Below are positions 41,488-56,045 of a DNA stretch of 64,000 nucleotides, one piece after another. This DNA is from Eledone cirrhosa (Eukaryota). The stretch spans positions 50,034,001-50,098,000 of the forward strand of contig OZ024744.1 in assembly GCA_964016885.1 (NCBI GenBank), read 5' to 3'. Position numbers and translations under genes: made by a program. The notes under the pieces were generated by a model. The model ran no database searches. It saw only the letters and a program-made list of their open reading frames with translations, and was not told the origin of the DNA. Numbering within the stretch: the stretch's first letter is position 1; every line of letters starts with the position of its first letter.

Positions 41488-42921
41488 TTCTTTCTTTCTC
41501 TCACTCACTCCCTCTCCCATCCTCTGAATATCTAACACTTTAATTGTCTCTCTTTCTATCTCTCCCTCTGTGTCTCTCTCTCTTTAGATGTGTGTATATG
41601 TATTTCTGTGTGTGTGTGTGTGATTCAACCAGCCATCCAACCAATAAACAACTTTCAATAAGCAACTTTCTTTTATATTATATATAGATTATTGATTGTA
41701 TATAAATTAACAAGTTTATTTATTATACATTATTTACATTTTGGGTGTAGACAAGTGTATCTGCGCACACAGTTTCTCCTTGTTGTTGTTATGTCTTTCG
41801 ACTGTAACAAATGTTAATTCCAGTGTTTCTATCGAGAAACTTTAATAAATCATTATCTATAAAAGGCAGATTGTTGTTGTGTGTGTGTGTGCATGTTCCA
41901 TGTTTATACAATTGCAGAATTTCAAACCGATTCGACTCAAAGTCTGTAAGAATGTTGTAAATGGTATAACTTAGGTCAACGACTATTTATTTCATTCAAC
42001 AATTACGGAAATAATCGATAAAACTAAATACATGACGCTATACGCCTCTAATACAATCTGATTTACTTTCTCTACTCCCCTTAAAATTCGATAAAACTAC
42101 ATACATGCTGCAACTTTCTCTTATATACGATTAAACTTACAAACTTTAAGAGAGAGAGAGAGAGTGAGAGGGAGAGAGAGGGAACGTTTGTTTTTGAGTG
42201 TGGAACGGTCAAACATTTATTTATTTCAATGACAAAGAGAACTTATTACATTTCAAACGAATCAACAATTATTCAAAAGCAACAGATATATTTACACATA
42301 TATTTTTTCCTCTGCTGCCACCCGTCTGTTTCTTTCCTTGTATCTTTACCCTTTCTAGCAGTCTCTCTCTCTGTTAGCCTCTTCCTCAACCTTCACTCAC
42401 TCATACCCTGTCACTGCCTCTCCTCCTCTCCTCTTTCTTCCCGCTTGACCTGTCCGATTTCTTTTCTCGCGCACTCTTGGCCAAGCCGGTATGAAATTTT
42501 TTTTCTCTCTCTCTCTCTCGTCTGCGTCTTCACAGAACTTATGTTTACCGAATTCGCAGACCAGACCCCTTCTTCTTCCCCCCGTTAGACCTGTGCAAAA
42601 TTCCTTCCTTGCTCACATTTCAACCAGGTTTGATGGTCTTTATTCTCTAGTTCACGATTTTATCGAGTTTATATTCATAGAAATCTGGGACTTGTCTCTT
42701 TCTTCTCACTTTCTGTTGCTTAAACCATTTTGTTTGTTCACCCTAACGTTCTCTTTATTTACGTGTCCCAACGACTTTTTTTAGCCGTTGTTCGCACCAA
42801 CCTGAGGTATATGGCCCTTAAAGCGATGAAATGCCTGGGACGGTTGGAGGGTCACTGATGAAGGACTCACTTTTTCATATGTATCCCATTTGCAACACCG
42901 CAGCTCCATTATTATCATATT

Positions 42922-42960
<39 letters not shown>

Positions 42961-42991
42961 AGATCAAAAGATGTTAAAGGAGTTCCATGTA

Positions 42992-43058
42992 TTTTATTAT
43001 GCGCATTTCAAAAACAAACATCATCATGCAATAATATTTGTGTTTTCATCAGATAAAA
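42992..43058 (-). ncRNA. hammerhead ribozyme with extended stem II (family H)
   Basis: TTTTAT-CTGATGA-AAACACAAATA...TGTTTGTTTTT-GAAA-TGCGCA-TA-ATAAAA. Confidence 0.8.
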
Positions 43059-43204
43059 CAGGAGGACATGATATGAAGGCTAAAAAACACTTGTGGATAG
43101 TGCAGTTTTAAATCAACATATGTATACTCCAGTCCTACAAACTGTAGAGTGCTTCTTATCCGATATCTGCATTGCTTTATTGTACTACAATAAAACTCAC
43201 CTCC

Positions 43205-43250
<46 letters not shown>

Positions 43251-43257
<7 letters not shown>

Positions 43258-43626
43258 AGTAAGTCAAACATGTAACATTTTTTAGCTTCGTTTATTATAA
43301 ATTCTCTGGTATATATATTTCGGTGACGGCTATTATTGGCTGTGACCTCTTCAAGCAGTACAAATTAATGTGGAAAAGACAAGTAAACATGTTGTTGAAA
43401 TGTGTTCAACTCTGTAAATACATCGATATGTCCAGCTCCTGGGTGTGTTGTTAGGACTAACTATTGACAGAGTTGAACACATTTCAACATGTTTACCTGT
43501 CTTTTCCACATTAATTCGTGCTGCCTCAAGATGTCACAGCCAATAATAGCCGTCACCTAAATATATATAGCAGAGAATTTATAATAAACGAAGCCAAATT
43601 TTACATGTTTGACTTACTTATTTTAC
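43251..43626. repeat. older inverted repeat, each arm with a decayed hammerhead (43306-43358 minus, 43521-43573 plus)
   Basis: Consensus of the arms: CTGC-CTGAAGA-GGT...ACC-GAAA-TATATA-TA-GCAG. Confidence 0.8.
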
Positions 43627-43720
43627 ATTACTCCGGAGTAAACAAACCAGCCTGCGTATTTCGTCGAGTGCTCCAATCTTCATACTGAGGTGTCGGTAAA
43701 CAACCAACATATACTCAATA

Positions 43721-43790
<70 letters not shown>

Positions 43791-43794
<4 letters not shown>

Positions 43795-44269
43795 TAAGTG
43801 TGTTTTGAAACAGTGAGCGAGTTTGAAATTAGAAAATATATAGCTTTCACCGTATTTTAACTAAAGGAATTTTAGCTTGATAACGGGGTTTAGAACCCTC
43901 AGATAAATGGAAAAAGATGAGTATTGACGTACAATACTCATCTTTTTCCATTTATCTGAGGGTTCTAAACCCCGTTATCAAGCTAAAATTCCTTTAGTTA
44001 AAATACGGTGAAAGCTATATATTTTCTAATTTCAAACTTGCTCACTGTTTCAAAACATACTTACTTGCCATTTAAACTCGCTACTAAGAATGTAGTTTCT
44101 AATTTGAATGGAAAGAGATGGGTGATGTGTTGGTGTAATGGTAGCACAGTGGTCGCGATAACCACAGATGTGGCTCCCATGTACGTCAATACTCATCTTT
44201 TTCCATTTATCTGAGGGTTCTAAACCCCGTTATCAAGCTAAAATTCCTTTAGTTAAAATACGGTGAAAG

Positions 44270-44305
<36 letters not shown>

Positions 44306-44325
44306 CTTTCACCGTATTTTACTTA
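43791..44325. repeat. nested foldback: palindrome 43791-44066 plus a third partial copy 44181-44320
   Basis: Direct reading. Confidence 0.88.
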
Positions 44326-44516
44326 TATATATATATATGTATACTCTGGGATTGTTTACATAAGCTTACCTATTGAGTATCCTGAGATGCAACCGGTACT
44401 AGCAGGAAAACCTTATGCTAGTCCCGTCAACTTATTTTTATTTTCTCCCAACTAACAAACTCACAATTAGAGTAAGTTGAACAATTTTCCACATTTTTTA
44501 TTGTTTTTGTATAATA

Positions 44517-44887
44517 CTAGCAGTGTATCCCGGCGTTGCACGGGTAAGAACATTGGTAATAGCACCTCCAATGAGAAACATTTATTTGTAAGTGCCTGTT
44601 AAAAATCACGAACTGGCCACGAGTATCCCTCGGAAGTTTTCCCCCTATTGGGGAATTTTTGTTGTTTGAATATTTTTATAATTCTATCTTCTTGTTACAA
44701 CCTTTTTTTTATACGGCCAAAACCCACGCTGGAGAGAACTCGTCCATGGATCTCGGGAATTTTGCTCGCCCTAGATAGATAGATAGATATATTTTTATAT
44801 GTATATTTATATATATATATGTATATGTGTATATATATATATGTGTATATGTGTTTGTCTATGTATATTTATATATGTATATGTATG

Positions 44888-44959
<72 letters not shown>

Positions 44960-45164
44960 TGGCGAAGATAATACGTCAAGAGGTGTTGGTCATAATGTCG
45001 TTATGCAGACAGCCAGACATACAGACAGATATTATAAGGGCTCGACGGCAATCGATAACTGGCGCCAAACAACAGAAAATCGGAGTAGAAATGTGGATTT
45101 TTATAGACTTTGCAAAAATGAGGACACACACCCAGACAACTACAGTTTTATATATATGTATAGA
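44517..45164 (-). mobile_element. non-autonomous Helitron
   Basis: Minus strand A|TCTATACATATATAT ... CCCGTGCAACGCCGGG hairpin then CTAG|T; 3' end similar to the element at 15114. Confidence 0.7.
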
Positions 45165-45959
45165 TACGCTCTAATACTTGTTCTATTTTTCTCTCGGACT
45201 CACCTATTTAATCGTACAAGTTGTGAAATTGATCGGTTTTACACACGTGGTTGGTTGAAATATCCCGAATTCGAATTCTAACTAACGCGCTAACTTTATA
45301 TCGCTGTCTAATTGCCTGTGGCATTAATGTCCAGAAAGGTTTTAGACACTACCATTGTTTACTGTCGCACGGTGTTCGTCATGATACTTGGAGACTAGAG
45401 CCGAATGCTACCATTCTATTGCACCACGATTCGAGGCAGACTTTCTTTAATAACCGATTTTTTAGCTCACTTGTGAATTTGTGTTTGATTTGAGATATAT
45501 TGGATGAGTCCTTATGAATAAAAATTTCTGAACCAGTGGTCAATCGGTTGAAGGTATTTTGATGACGCGTAGGGATTTCAGTTACTAATGTACTACTGTG
45601 CCGCCTGTCGCATTTACTGCCATAGGCGGCACGGACTGGAATCGATTTCTGTTGTTCGACTGGTTATTAATTAGGTGAGACCCACTGATAAAGCCACATG
45701 CGCCGATCGATTGTGCATTGTTGCATAATAAATGCAGACAATAGATTATGTCCGCTCTCTTGCTGAATTAAGTGTAGCCGAAACTCGAGTACGGGTATAG
45801 TTTTATGGTACCTATTTACATGTGTTGTATTGAGGCAAATAAATTTGGGTCTACTCTGGGATTTTTACATAACCTTACCTATAGAGTACCCTGAGATGCA
45901 ACCGGTACTAGAAGGAAAACCTTATGTTAGTCCCGTGAGCTTCTTATTATATATTTATG

Positions 45960-47960
45960 CTGATTGCTTCCTCTTTGCAGATGATTGCCGTCTCCCTGTG
46001 CACCCCATCAACCATCACCAACCCCAGACGTCGGTCCATGGCCCCTTAGGTGGCTTTTAAGTCCAGCATTAGATATGCACGGTTTGCAGCAAATGTGACA
46101 GACAAAAGGTGTGCCCTCTATTTGATTTATTGGATCAGTTTGTGGGATGTCATCCTTATGTACCCTCATATGCCTTTTAAGACCAGAGATTGATTTGCAG
46201 GTCTTTTTGCACACCTCACAGGTTGTCTCACCTAGCGTTGGATGGATACAGTTGGCGTTTTAAGTGATTTTAAATGAGTGATCTACCCAGATTTAGTGAG
46301 CAGTAAATGACCACACATCTCACAACTCCAGCCCCCATGTTCTTATTGAGGTTCATACTGTGGCTCTTTCGAAGCTGACGTTTAAGTTTTCATGATCAAG
46401 ACGTCTCTCTTCAAACATTCTGCAGCCTTCCATCACATGTCCTTTCCAATCAACCCTCTTTAAAGCAAACACTTCCCAGTTCTGAACTTCAAACCGTTGA
46501 TCTTTAAGGTTGTTTTTTGTGCAATCCTTATATCTTTTTCATAGTTTGTGCTGAAGGCGTTTCCCAGTGTGCAATTGACTGTAAAATATTTGTTTTGGGA
46601 GTCTTTTCTCATTCATGCGAACAACATGGCCTTCCTAGCGCATTTGAGAGGATATGGTAGTAGATTCAATGCTCGTGCAACTAGCATCTATAAGGATTTG
46701 TGTGTCCGGTATATTTGTTACCATTTGATATTTAGGATTCGTCTTAAACACTTTTGATTAAAGTGTTCAAGCAGTTAAGGTGTCTACGATATACTGTCCA
46801 CGTTTCGGAAGAGTACAACAGACCACTCAGAATGTAGACTTTGTACACACTAATCTTGGTCTTGATATTGATGCCATGATTTGGCCACACTCTTGTTTCA
46901 AGTTTTACGAAGGCTACAGAGGCCTGAATGCGGAGATGTATTTCTGCATCCAGTAAGCCACCCCTTTATAATGCACTACCCAGGTAAACAAAAGTGTCAA
47001 CTACACCCAACCTAGTTCCATGCACCATTATATAGGTTAACTTTGCCTTTCATCCTTACGGGATCGATAAAATAAAGTACCAGTAATACACTGAGATAAT
47101 TTCTGGCCCTGTGCCATTATATTTGGCTCAATATATACTTCCCCAGGTGATAGGGTAAACATTACCTTGGTCTTTTTTAGATTAATTTTCATACCAAAGG
47201 CATTACAAGAAGCTGCAAAACAATCCATGATGTGTTGCATGCCATCTTGAGAGTGAGCTAAAAAGACAACATCGTCTGCATATAGGAGTACTTTAATTAA
47301 CATTTGGAACACCTTGGATTTGAAATTGAACCTTCTTTTGTCAAAGATTCTTCCTGTAGTTCTAACTTGCAATAGAACACCCTTTGCATAGTCCTGGCAT
47401 GCCTGAGTCAGCATCACAACAGAAAATATTGAAAACAGTGTGGGAGCTGGGATATCTCCCTGCTTCATGCCATCATCAACTGGGATTTCATTGAACAATT
47501 CTCCATTCAAGACAACCCCACCTTTCATATTTCTGTGCAGTTGGACAAACATATCAATAAACTTGAGTAGGCCCCAATTTTCCCTAATATTTTCCACAGT
47601 GTACCTCTGTTCACCGTATCAGAGGCCTTTGTCAGCTCAACAAAAACCTGATACAGAGGAGCCCGCTGCTCAATACATTTCTCCTGAATCTGCCTTGCAG
47701 AGACAATCGTATCAATCGTCCTTCTGCCAGATCTAAAACCACTTTGTGATTGAGAGATAACTGTTCAACAATAATCTAGCAAGAACTTTGTCCACAGACT
47801 CCAACAGAGTGATGCCATGGTAGTAATGATCACAGATTCCTTAATCCTCTTTACTTTTAAACAAGGTCACTAGAATACCATCTATCCAATCTTGTGGTAT
47901 AGGAGCTCCAGCCCAGCCCTCTGTGATGAGATGGAGTACTGTTTGTGTTATGCTATTACC
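45960..47960 (-). mobile_element. RTE/BovB-like LINE with C-terminal C2H2 zinc fingers; SINE fragment inserted at 47033-47115
   Basis: GMKQGDIPAPTLF, LLYADD, CKKTCKSISGLKRHMRVH, CHICCKPCISNAGLKSHLRGH. Confidence 0.88.
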
Positions 47961-48218
47961 AAATAAATAATGTGTGTGTTTATGTGTGTGTGCGTGTGTA
48001 GCAGTAATTTGATACTCTATTCAATAGGGTTTCTTTCACTCTATCAAGGACTACCAAAACTTTGACCTTGTGTGGCCTCATAGATCAATTTCTATTGTAA
48101 TCATTTTTTTAGGCGTCATGGTGTCTACCATCTTGACATACACATCGGCATCCGCTTAGTCTCAAGTTCTGGAGACTGAATGAAATTTATAAACGGACTC
48201 TACCCCTGTACTCTAGAG

Positions 48219-48405
48219 CAGACATGGCAAACATGCGGCCCTTTACAAGCACACCTGTGGTCCGCACAAAGCTTTTTACAGCGCGAGCGTAATATAAAAT
48301 TAAAATATTATTTGAAATGTGCGCAACTAGTTGTCATGTGTGGCCCTCAGACAACACATATGTGACCCATATGGCTTGCGGGGAACCCTCAGTTTGACAT
48401 GCCTG
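48219..48405. mobile_element. hAT (Charlie-like) MITE
   Basis: TIRs CAGACATGGCAAAC / GTTTGACATGCCTG; 8-bp TSD CTCTAGAG on both sides. Confidence 0.9.
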
Positions 48406-48413
48406 CTCTAGAG

Positions 48414-48735
48414 AACTTATTTCCATGTTTTTACTAGCTAGTCCTATCTCTGTCCTTGCAGGATTTATTAACCTACAACTAGGCCTGTTTGTGAAATCGA
48501 ATTTGTGATCCTTCAGGATAATGAAGGCATCAGGTTCAACTAAGTGTTCTACTGTATTGTCTATTTTTAAATTTCTAACAATATTTTTGACCTCATTATT
48601 TGTCATGTTATAGGTGTTAGGCTTGGCCTTCTGGTATTTATATTATGCCATTAATGATCAGGCCGTTGAAATTTTTTTTCTTATCTAGTTCATACAAATT
48701 TTTTTTTTATCCGAAAATACCAGCACGCTCGAAAC
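48414..48735 (-). mobile_element. Penelope-like RT N-terminal fragment
   Basis: AFIILKDHKFDFTNRPSCRLINPARTEIG. Confidence 0.75.
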
Positions 48736-48741
48736 GTTACC

Positions 48742-49720
48742 TCAGGCGATGGCGAGGCTGATGCGCTGGAACAGCCAAGCGCCTTCTCGAGCATCACCAG
48801 TTACCTCGGTTAGACGAGCCGCCAGTGAAGACAAGAACTTCGTAGTTAGCGGATTAACTCCCCCAAACGTCGCAGGCTTGAAAATGTAGTTATCCAAAAA
48901 ATCACGGTATTTCAGAAATTTGCTCCATTCGGCTGCGGAAGCTGTAACTCTCGCCCTAACCGCAACATCCAGGATGTGAGAAAAAGCAAAAGAGTCACAA
49001 GCTGTGATGTCCCAGATAAGACACCTGCCTATTATCCAGGGCACTAGGTAAGACCGTCAGACCTTTTCCCATCAACTATGGACAACCCAGACAATTTCAA
49101 AATTGAGGGAGTGTTTGTCCGGGCCAAAGCTCTCTTGATAATTAGTTTTAACTCAATGTGACGCACGAAGCGACCGCCATTCAAGCGGCAAGACAGACCG
49201 TGAAGGCCCATGGAGTCGAGGAGTTTGCCACACCAACACCTCAGACCCGTAGAGACGTCGGCTTCCACTCTGAGAGCAATGGAGATACGAAGCTCGTCCA
49301 AGCTGAGTAGTATGCCACCAATGTTAGCCATGGGTAGGACATCAACACCTGAGTATTTGACGTTAGCAGACAGTAAGCGGCACCTTGAAAACTGATCTAA
49401 CTGGTCAAAGAGAGAGTCAAAGGTGGCCTTTGAATGTATGTTGTCCCAAACACTCTGTCTCCATTTGTCCTGCACCTTGTCAGGAACAGACAAACCCAAA
49501 TCTCTCCATCGTAGAAGAGCTTCATCCATCTCCCCGTTGTAACTAGTCCGTGTTGGGAAGGAGAGGATGCTGCTCCCCAGCGTGGAGCAAGCATGGGTGG
49601 AGGAAAGGAAGCAAAGGAAAGAGAGGGACGAGCATTTAAGTAGACCAAGGCCTCGAAATTGCTTGGGCAACGCAGCCTGGCCAAGGGACTCTGGAGAGAG
49701 ACTGACATTGACCAAGCACG
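48742..49720 (-). mobile_element. CRE-clade non-LTR retrotransposon C-terminus (CCHC plus restriction-like endonuclease)
   Basis: CWCG..LDSMGLHGLSC..GRFVRH, GKRSDGLT..PW..GRCLIWD, LFQRISLAI. Confidence 0.8.
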
Positions 49721-49726
49721 AGAGAG

Positions 49727-49788
<62 letters not shown>

Positions 49789-49978
49789 TCAGAGGTGTCA
49801 GAATGATCCAAAATATAATTGTGTAGACATGTTTTCTTGGAGCTCTGCTAGAGTTAACAGCAACACACACACATCTACGTGTTGCTACAAAAAAAAAAAA
49901 AAAAAGACGAAATAGAGATATGTATGTATATATATCTAAATATCGATATTATTATTTACAGATGTCTCATTATGTATA

Positions 49979-51446
49979 CTAGCAGAAAAACCACCCCACG
50001 GGTGGTTTTCTGCTAGCATGTGTAGTGTGTATATTGATATTATACGCAAGTATATATACATGTAGATGTGATACATCAAATAAAATCGTAATTGACAATA
50101 TACACAGAAATTGAACGAAGACGTTGTTACGCTGTCTTATGTAATCAGTAACGCACCCATGATACATTAAAAAAATACGATATCTAATATATATTTGTGA
50201 AATGGGTGGTGGTTGAAATTCAGATGTGCACGGGTAAATGGTAGTAGACGTGGTCGGACGGACATGAAAATTTACACATGTAAATTGTGCCAAGGAAGCA
50301 AATAGACGAGGTTTCAAATCTCTAACTTGAAAAATGTGGTCCCTAGGGCCCCCAAACGGTCTATTTACTATCGCGTTCGGTGAGTTATTTCCCCCTGTTC
50401 TAATACTTGGATGAGTTATTTACAATTTCATACAAATTTTTAAACTCATCAACGTTGTTTCGCTGTTAACATACAGTACCAATAATTTGAAAAATATTAT
50501 TGAAAGTTTATTATAAAGAAGCAGTTTCAGGAAAAAAAATAGAAATATGCACTTGGGGCTGGACAGCGTACAATGAGAAGTGGAGTGACGTGAAAAGCGT
50601 TGTTTATTAACAGCGAAATAGCAATGTCGATGATATGCAAGTTTGAAAATGCAGATTAATAAACTGTTGCCTTCTCCAGTACGTTTCATTTTCACAGTAC
50701 CGTTTTATGAAATCGATTCTGCAGTACGGTCACTGTTTTCCATCAAAAGAAATAAAACCCTTAAATTGCGAATACATGTTAACCAGTAAGTAGTATTTTT
50801 CAAATTGCATATCATCGACATTGCTATTTCGCTGTTAATAAACAACGCTTTTCACGTCGCTCCATTTCTCATTGTACGCCGTCCAGCCCCAAGTGCATAT
50901 TTCTATTTTTTTCCTGAAACTGCTTCTTTATAATAAACTTTCAATAATATTTTTCAAATTATTAACTTAATAAAAAGTGGCCCCGGGTGCAACCGGGCTC
51001 AGCTGCTAGTTATATATAAACTGCATTAGGAGAAAATTAGTGACAGAAAATTAGTATGTTTATTTAAGTGATCGCCACCGGAAGTGTTGACATCGCACAC
51101 TCTCTCTTTCTATATATATGGTAGTTCAAGGGGTGGTGGTGGTGGCAACGATATACCGGAAGTGCAACTTGGAAAAGAAATCAATTTAAAATGATTTATT
51201 TTTACGAAATTATTTTTGTTTACGAAATTTAGTAGATAAATTATGTAATATTCATTCATTATTTATTCAAAGTAATCCAACTTATTTTACTAAGGGGATA
51301 AAAAAAAATAAACTGTACGCAGTCCCGCAGATCTTCCTTTATTATAGCTTAGATTATTTATTCAAAGTAATCCATCTTATTTTACTAACGGGATAATAAA
51401 AAAAATCGTACGCAGTCCCGCAGACCTTCCTTTATTATAGTTTAGA
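49979..51446. mobile_element. composite of Helitron termini with an internal inverted repeat (about 50481-50650 vs 50797-50962)
   Basis: Plus-strand 3' end CCCGGGTGCAACCGGG..CTAG|T at 51009; CTAG hairpin at 49979-50016; two tandem minus-strand 5'-like ends ATCTAA.CTATAATAAAG at 51353 and 51446. Confidence 0.5.
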
Positions 51447-51594
51447 TATGTTTATTAATGCATACAGTGATTTGTGACAATGTTTACCTGATAAATGTTG
51501 TGGCACGTGTTTGAAGAAATACAAAACCCAATAACAATAAGCCAATCAATCACCTGTGAGAATATTTACCACATATTAATGTAAATATAATTAA

Positions 51595-52021
51595 TATAAA
51601 GTACCAGTAATGTACTGGGTAATTGCTGGCTTTGTGCCAAAAGTAGAAACAATTATTATAAACGTCACCAGGGCGGTAGATTGGCAGTATAGGTAGAACG
51701 TCCGACACCATGCTTTGCAGCATAGAGTTACGGTCTGAGTTCAAATCCCGCAGAGGTTAACTTTGCTTTTCATCCTTACAGGGTCGATAAAATAAAGTAC
51801 CAGTAACGTACTGGGTCAACTTAATCGACTCCCCCTTCTCCTTAGGTTGCTGGCCTTGTGCTTTGCAGCATAGAGTTACAGCCCTTTACGATCTGAGTTC
51901 AAATCTGTCGAGGTTAACTTTGCCTTTCTTCCTTACGGGGTCGATAAAATAAAGTACCAGTAATGCAATGGGATAATTGCTGGCCTTGTGCCAAAAGTAG
52001 AAACAATTATTATAAACGTCG
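51595..52021 (+). mobile_element. tandem tRNA-SINE cluster (tail, full copy, partial copy)
   Basis: A and B boxes plus central domain. Confidence 0.88.
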
Positions 52022-52059
52022 CCACAAATAGCATATTCATTTACATATAACGAAGTATA

Positions 52060-53743
52060 TAAAGCCATACGGACACCCAAAAACAATGATCAGGTGAGAA
52101 AAATGATGGCACATGCAAAAGGGGCTAGTATTAAAACTACCCTAAAGGGCCATATGTTTAAATTTAACTTAAAGATCTACACCCAAAATGAGGGAGCAGC
52201 CATTGGTGTTAGCATAGCTGGTGATGTTGCCAATCTATTTATGGTATGGTGGGAGAGAGGATTCAGAGAACTACTTGATGAGAGCTCCATAGACCTCGTC
52301 ATGTACTCTCCTTACGTAGACGATATTAATATAGTACTAAGGACACTCCCATAAGGGAGTACTAATAAACATGATTTAGAAAATAGCACAATGGAAAACA
52401 TCCAGCAGATAGCTAACTCCATACACCAGAGTATAACTGTAACTGTTGACTACCCTTCCAAACACCTTTACAATAGATTACCAGTATTAGACACGGAACT
52501 CTGGATTAACACTATAGACGAGATGGCCCAAATTCTCCACTCACACTACGCTAAACCCATGGCCTCTAAATACCTGATACTCAAAAATTCAACAATGTCC
52601 AGTAGTGCTAAGTTTAATATTCTGATTGCAGACATGGTAAGAGTGATGAAGAATGTGTCCTGCATGTGCGACCCAACTGGAATGGAAAGACACATCCAAC
52701 ACTTCCTCAACCACATGCCATTCTCTGGCTACAACCAAAGAGACAGAATTAGAGTATACAAAGGAGCCACGGAGAAGTATAAGACCCTCATAGAAATTGA
52801 CATGAAAGAGATATGTTCATTTTACAGGAGTAAATCATGGAATAGCTTAGATAGGACTAAACATAAGATAGGGAAAGCCACTTCATAGTACGACAACCAG
52901 AGATACCAGAGTGTCATGTTCGTGGATGCTACCCCTGGAGGGAAATTAGCTAACCAATGTAGAAAGGCCCTAAGAAAGACACATTTAGAGATTGAAGTGG
53001 TAGAAAAGCCAGGAACTACCATAAAATCCCTGATCAGCAAGACATACCCCTTTAAGAAAACCCATTGTACAAATAAAAAAATGTGTTATATGTAAAATGA
53101 ACCCCCAGATAAATTGTAAAACTAGAAATGTAGTCATAGCATAAGATGTATAAGGGAACTTGCAGAAACATGACAACGACAAACAAAGGTGAGACAGCTC
53201 GAAGCATAGGAGAAAGAATAGACCAACACTGTGGGAGGGGGGTGGGCTAAAAGGACAAAAAATGGTTCAGTACTATACGAACACGCCAGACAAAGACATG
53301 ACGGTAATATAGACAACATAGAAATTAAAATAATATCTACGCATAGAAATGACTCAAGAGGTAGGCAAATCAAAGAAGCAACTGAGATAGAACTAAGAAG
53401 ACCGAAATCGAACAGAAAGACCGAATGGAATAACAACAACAACCATACCCAAATAAACAATACTGGCTTAAGGGAAATATAAATAAATAAATAAATAAAT
53501 AAATATATATACACAAGTACAATAACAACAAATACATATAAACACACACTAGTGAACAAAAATAGAATACGAAAACACATACACTCAAACGCGAACACAC
53601 GCAAACGCATGTGCAGAGACAGAGACAAGAAGAAATAAATTAATTAAAATAAAAATGACGTAGACATTACAGTACAATACAATAGGAGAAAACATAATAG
53701 TACCACTGATGATGTTGCAGATGTGCAACGAAAGAACTTTGAT

Positions 53744-53750
<7 letters not shown>
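52060..53750 (+). mobile_element. Penelope-like element (Neptune-like), decayed RT + GIY-YIG, ending in an HHR
   Basis: YTQNEGAAIG, YVDD, LPVLD, GETARSIGERI, RQIKEA. Confidence 0.88.
53701..53744 (+). ncRNA. minimal hammerhead ribozyme at the PLE 3' end (family I)
   Basis: TACCA-CTGATGA-T-GTTGCA(GATG)TGCAAC-GAAA-GAAC-TT-TGATA; one stem I mismatch. Confidence 0.7.
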
Positions 53751-53796
<46 letters not shown>

Positions 53797-54003
53797 TTGT
53801 ATTTTTAACCGATGGTCAGTGAATGGTAAACATTGATTGCCAAATAAATTAACTATGGAGATATAAAAGATACAGAAGCGAAAACCAACCAAACAGTGAG
53901 TGTGTTCTGTTATTATTTCTGGCAATATTTTAACAATATGACCCTGCCCAAGTATAACAATATTTGTTTCGACACACGATTTCATATAAAAGAAACCTTC
54001 CAA

Positions 54004-54061
<58 letters not shown>

Positions 54062-54185
54062 GCCGTTTCGGAGTTCAGCCACCGGGGTCGTCCTGACTCT
54101 TTTCCTAATGCCAACTTCTACTATTCTAAATATCGAGTACTCTGGTGCGTTATGGTCCACCTAGTTCGTTACCACACTTTCTTTG

Positions 54186-54224
<39 letters not shown>

Positions 54225-54390
54225 TATTAAGGATACTATTTATGGTTATGTATGTAATAAAACCTTTAATGGTAATATATTATTTATACAAACCTTAAAT
54301 AGTGAAAGATAGTCATTAATTACTATCCTATTACCAGTAAGATAAATAGCTCAATGTAATAACATCAGTTGTTTTACAGAGCAGTTATAT

Positions 54391-54842
<452 letters not shown>

Positions 54843-54872
54843 AAAGAATAGAGGTGTAACACACAAGTTATG

Positions 54873-55399
54873 ATATATTGGTAAACGGAAAAGAAAATGC
54901 TGACAAATTTTTCACAGTGAAAAATAGTTTAATTAGGAATAAGTGAGAATTAGTAATAGTATTGGTTAGTATTCAGTTTTGGTTTTAAGTTTCACCGGTT
55001 GCGCATTTCTAATGCTTTTCAAAAATAATTTTGAGATAGAGCGTCCGTAATGTTTGCTCTAATCTGATTAGTTTTGGAAATTCTACCTGTTTTTATGTTA
55101 AAAAAGTGGCTCCAGCGGTATTAAAATAAGTTTTGCGCCAACTTATTTTAATACCGCTGGAGCCACTTTTTTAACATAAAAACAGGTAGAATTTCCAAAA
55201 CTAATCAGATTAGAGCAAACATCACGGACGCTCTATCTCAAAATTATTTTTGAAAAGCATTAGAAATGCGCAACCGGTAAAACTTAAAACCAAAACTGAA
55301 TACTAACCAATACTATTACTAATTCTTACTTATTCCTAATTAAACTATTTTTCACTGTGAACAATTTGTCAGCATTTTCTTTTCCGTTTACCAATATAT
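54873..55399. repeat. foldback palindrome, ~260-bp arms, related to the family D pseudo-LTR, with decayed U3-A8 HHRs
   Basis: TTT-TTGAAAA-GCAT(TAGAA)ATGC-GCAA-CCGG-TA-AAA at 55247-55282; mirror copy at 54990-55025. Confidence 0.88.
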
Positions 55400-56045
55400 A
55401 TATATATATATATATATATTCAGAAGAGAGATTGTTTTGGTAAAAACAGGAGTAAACAGGAGAAAGCTCTCTACACTCGTAGCTTGTAGTTACGGTGGAG
55501 ATTCACTATAAGAATAACATGAATAACATTAAGAAAGATGCTGATGTTACATAAATCGTTTATTCGTAATAATTATTTCAATGGTTCTCCCATGAGATGT
55601 AATTCATACCTTTGTTGTTGTTATGAGAACGGTATCTTCAAATGAAATTCGATTTTGTGATATGCTGTAGTCAGAAAAAACGCGCCCTTCTGTTCGTGCG
55701 CCCGGTAGACATATAAGTTCCTAAAAGAGTATTTCCCAGCTGTCGTGTTTTCATTTTCTGGAGTAAAGTGCTATCTCTGTGTCCATTAGCGAATCTGGAC
55801 TCATGTACCCCCCCCCCCCCCCACACACACACACGCCGAATTAGGGTCGTAAATTATCAAAGGATAACCCTTCAATTGAGTTGTAGTGACCTACACCAGA
55901 CAAGAGTCTATGCATAGCTAGATTCCAGCAGATAGTGGAAGCAATAAACAGAACTCTGAGGGAGGGCGATATAGACAGTGTGATAACAGCTACATTCAAG
56001 ACAACAACAACAGCAACACTGACCACTTGTCAATTTATATTAAAA

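Noticed and set aside
42852-42900. Isolated CTGATGA (similarly 21789-21795 minus)
   Set aside because: No GAAA, stem III or stem I closure follows
43950-44020. CTGAGGG...GAAA as a hammerhead
   Set aside because: Position 9 is G and no stem I partner could be formed
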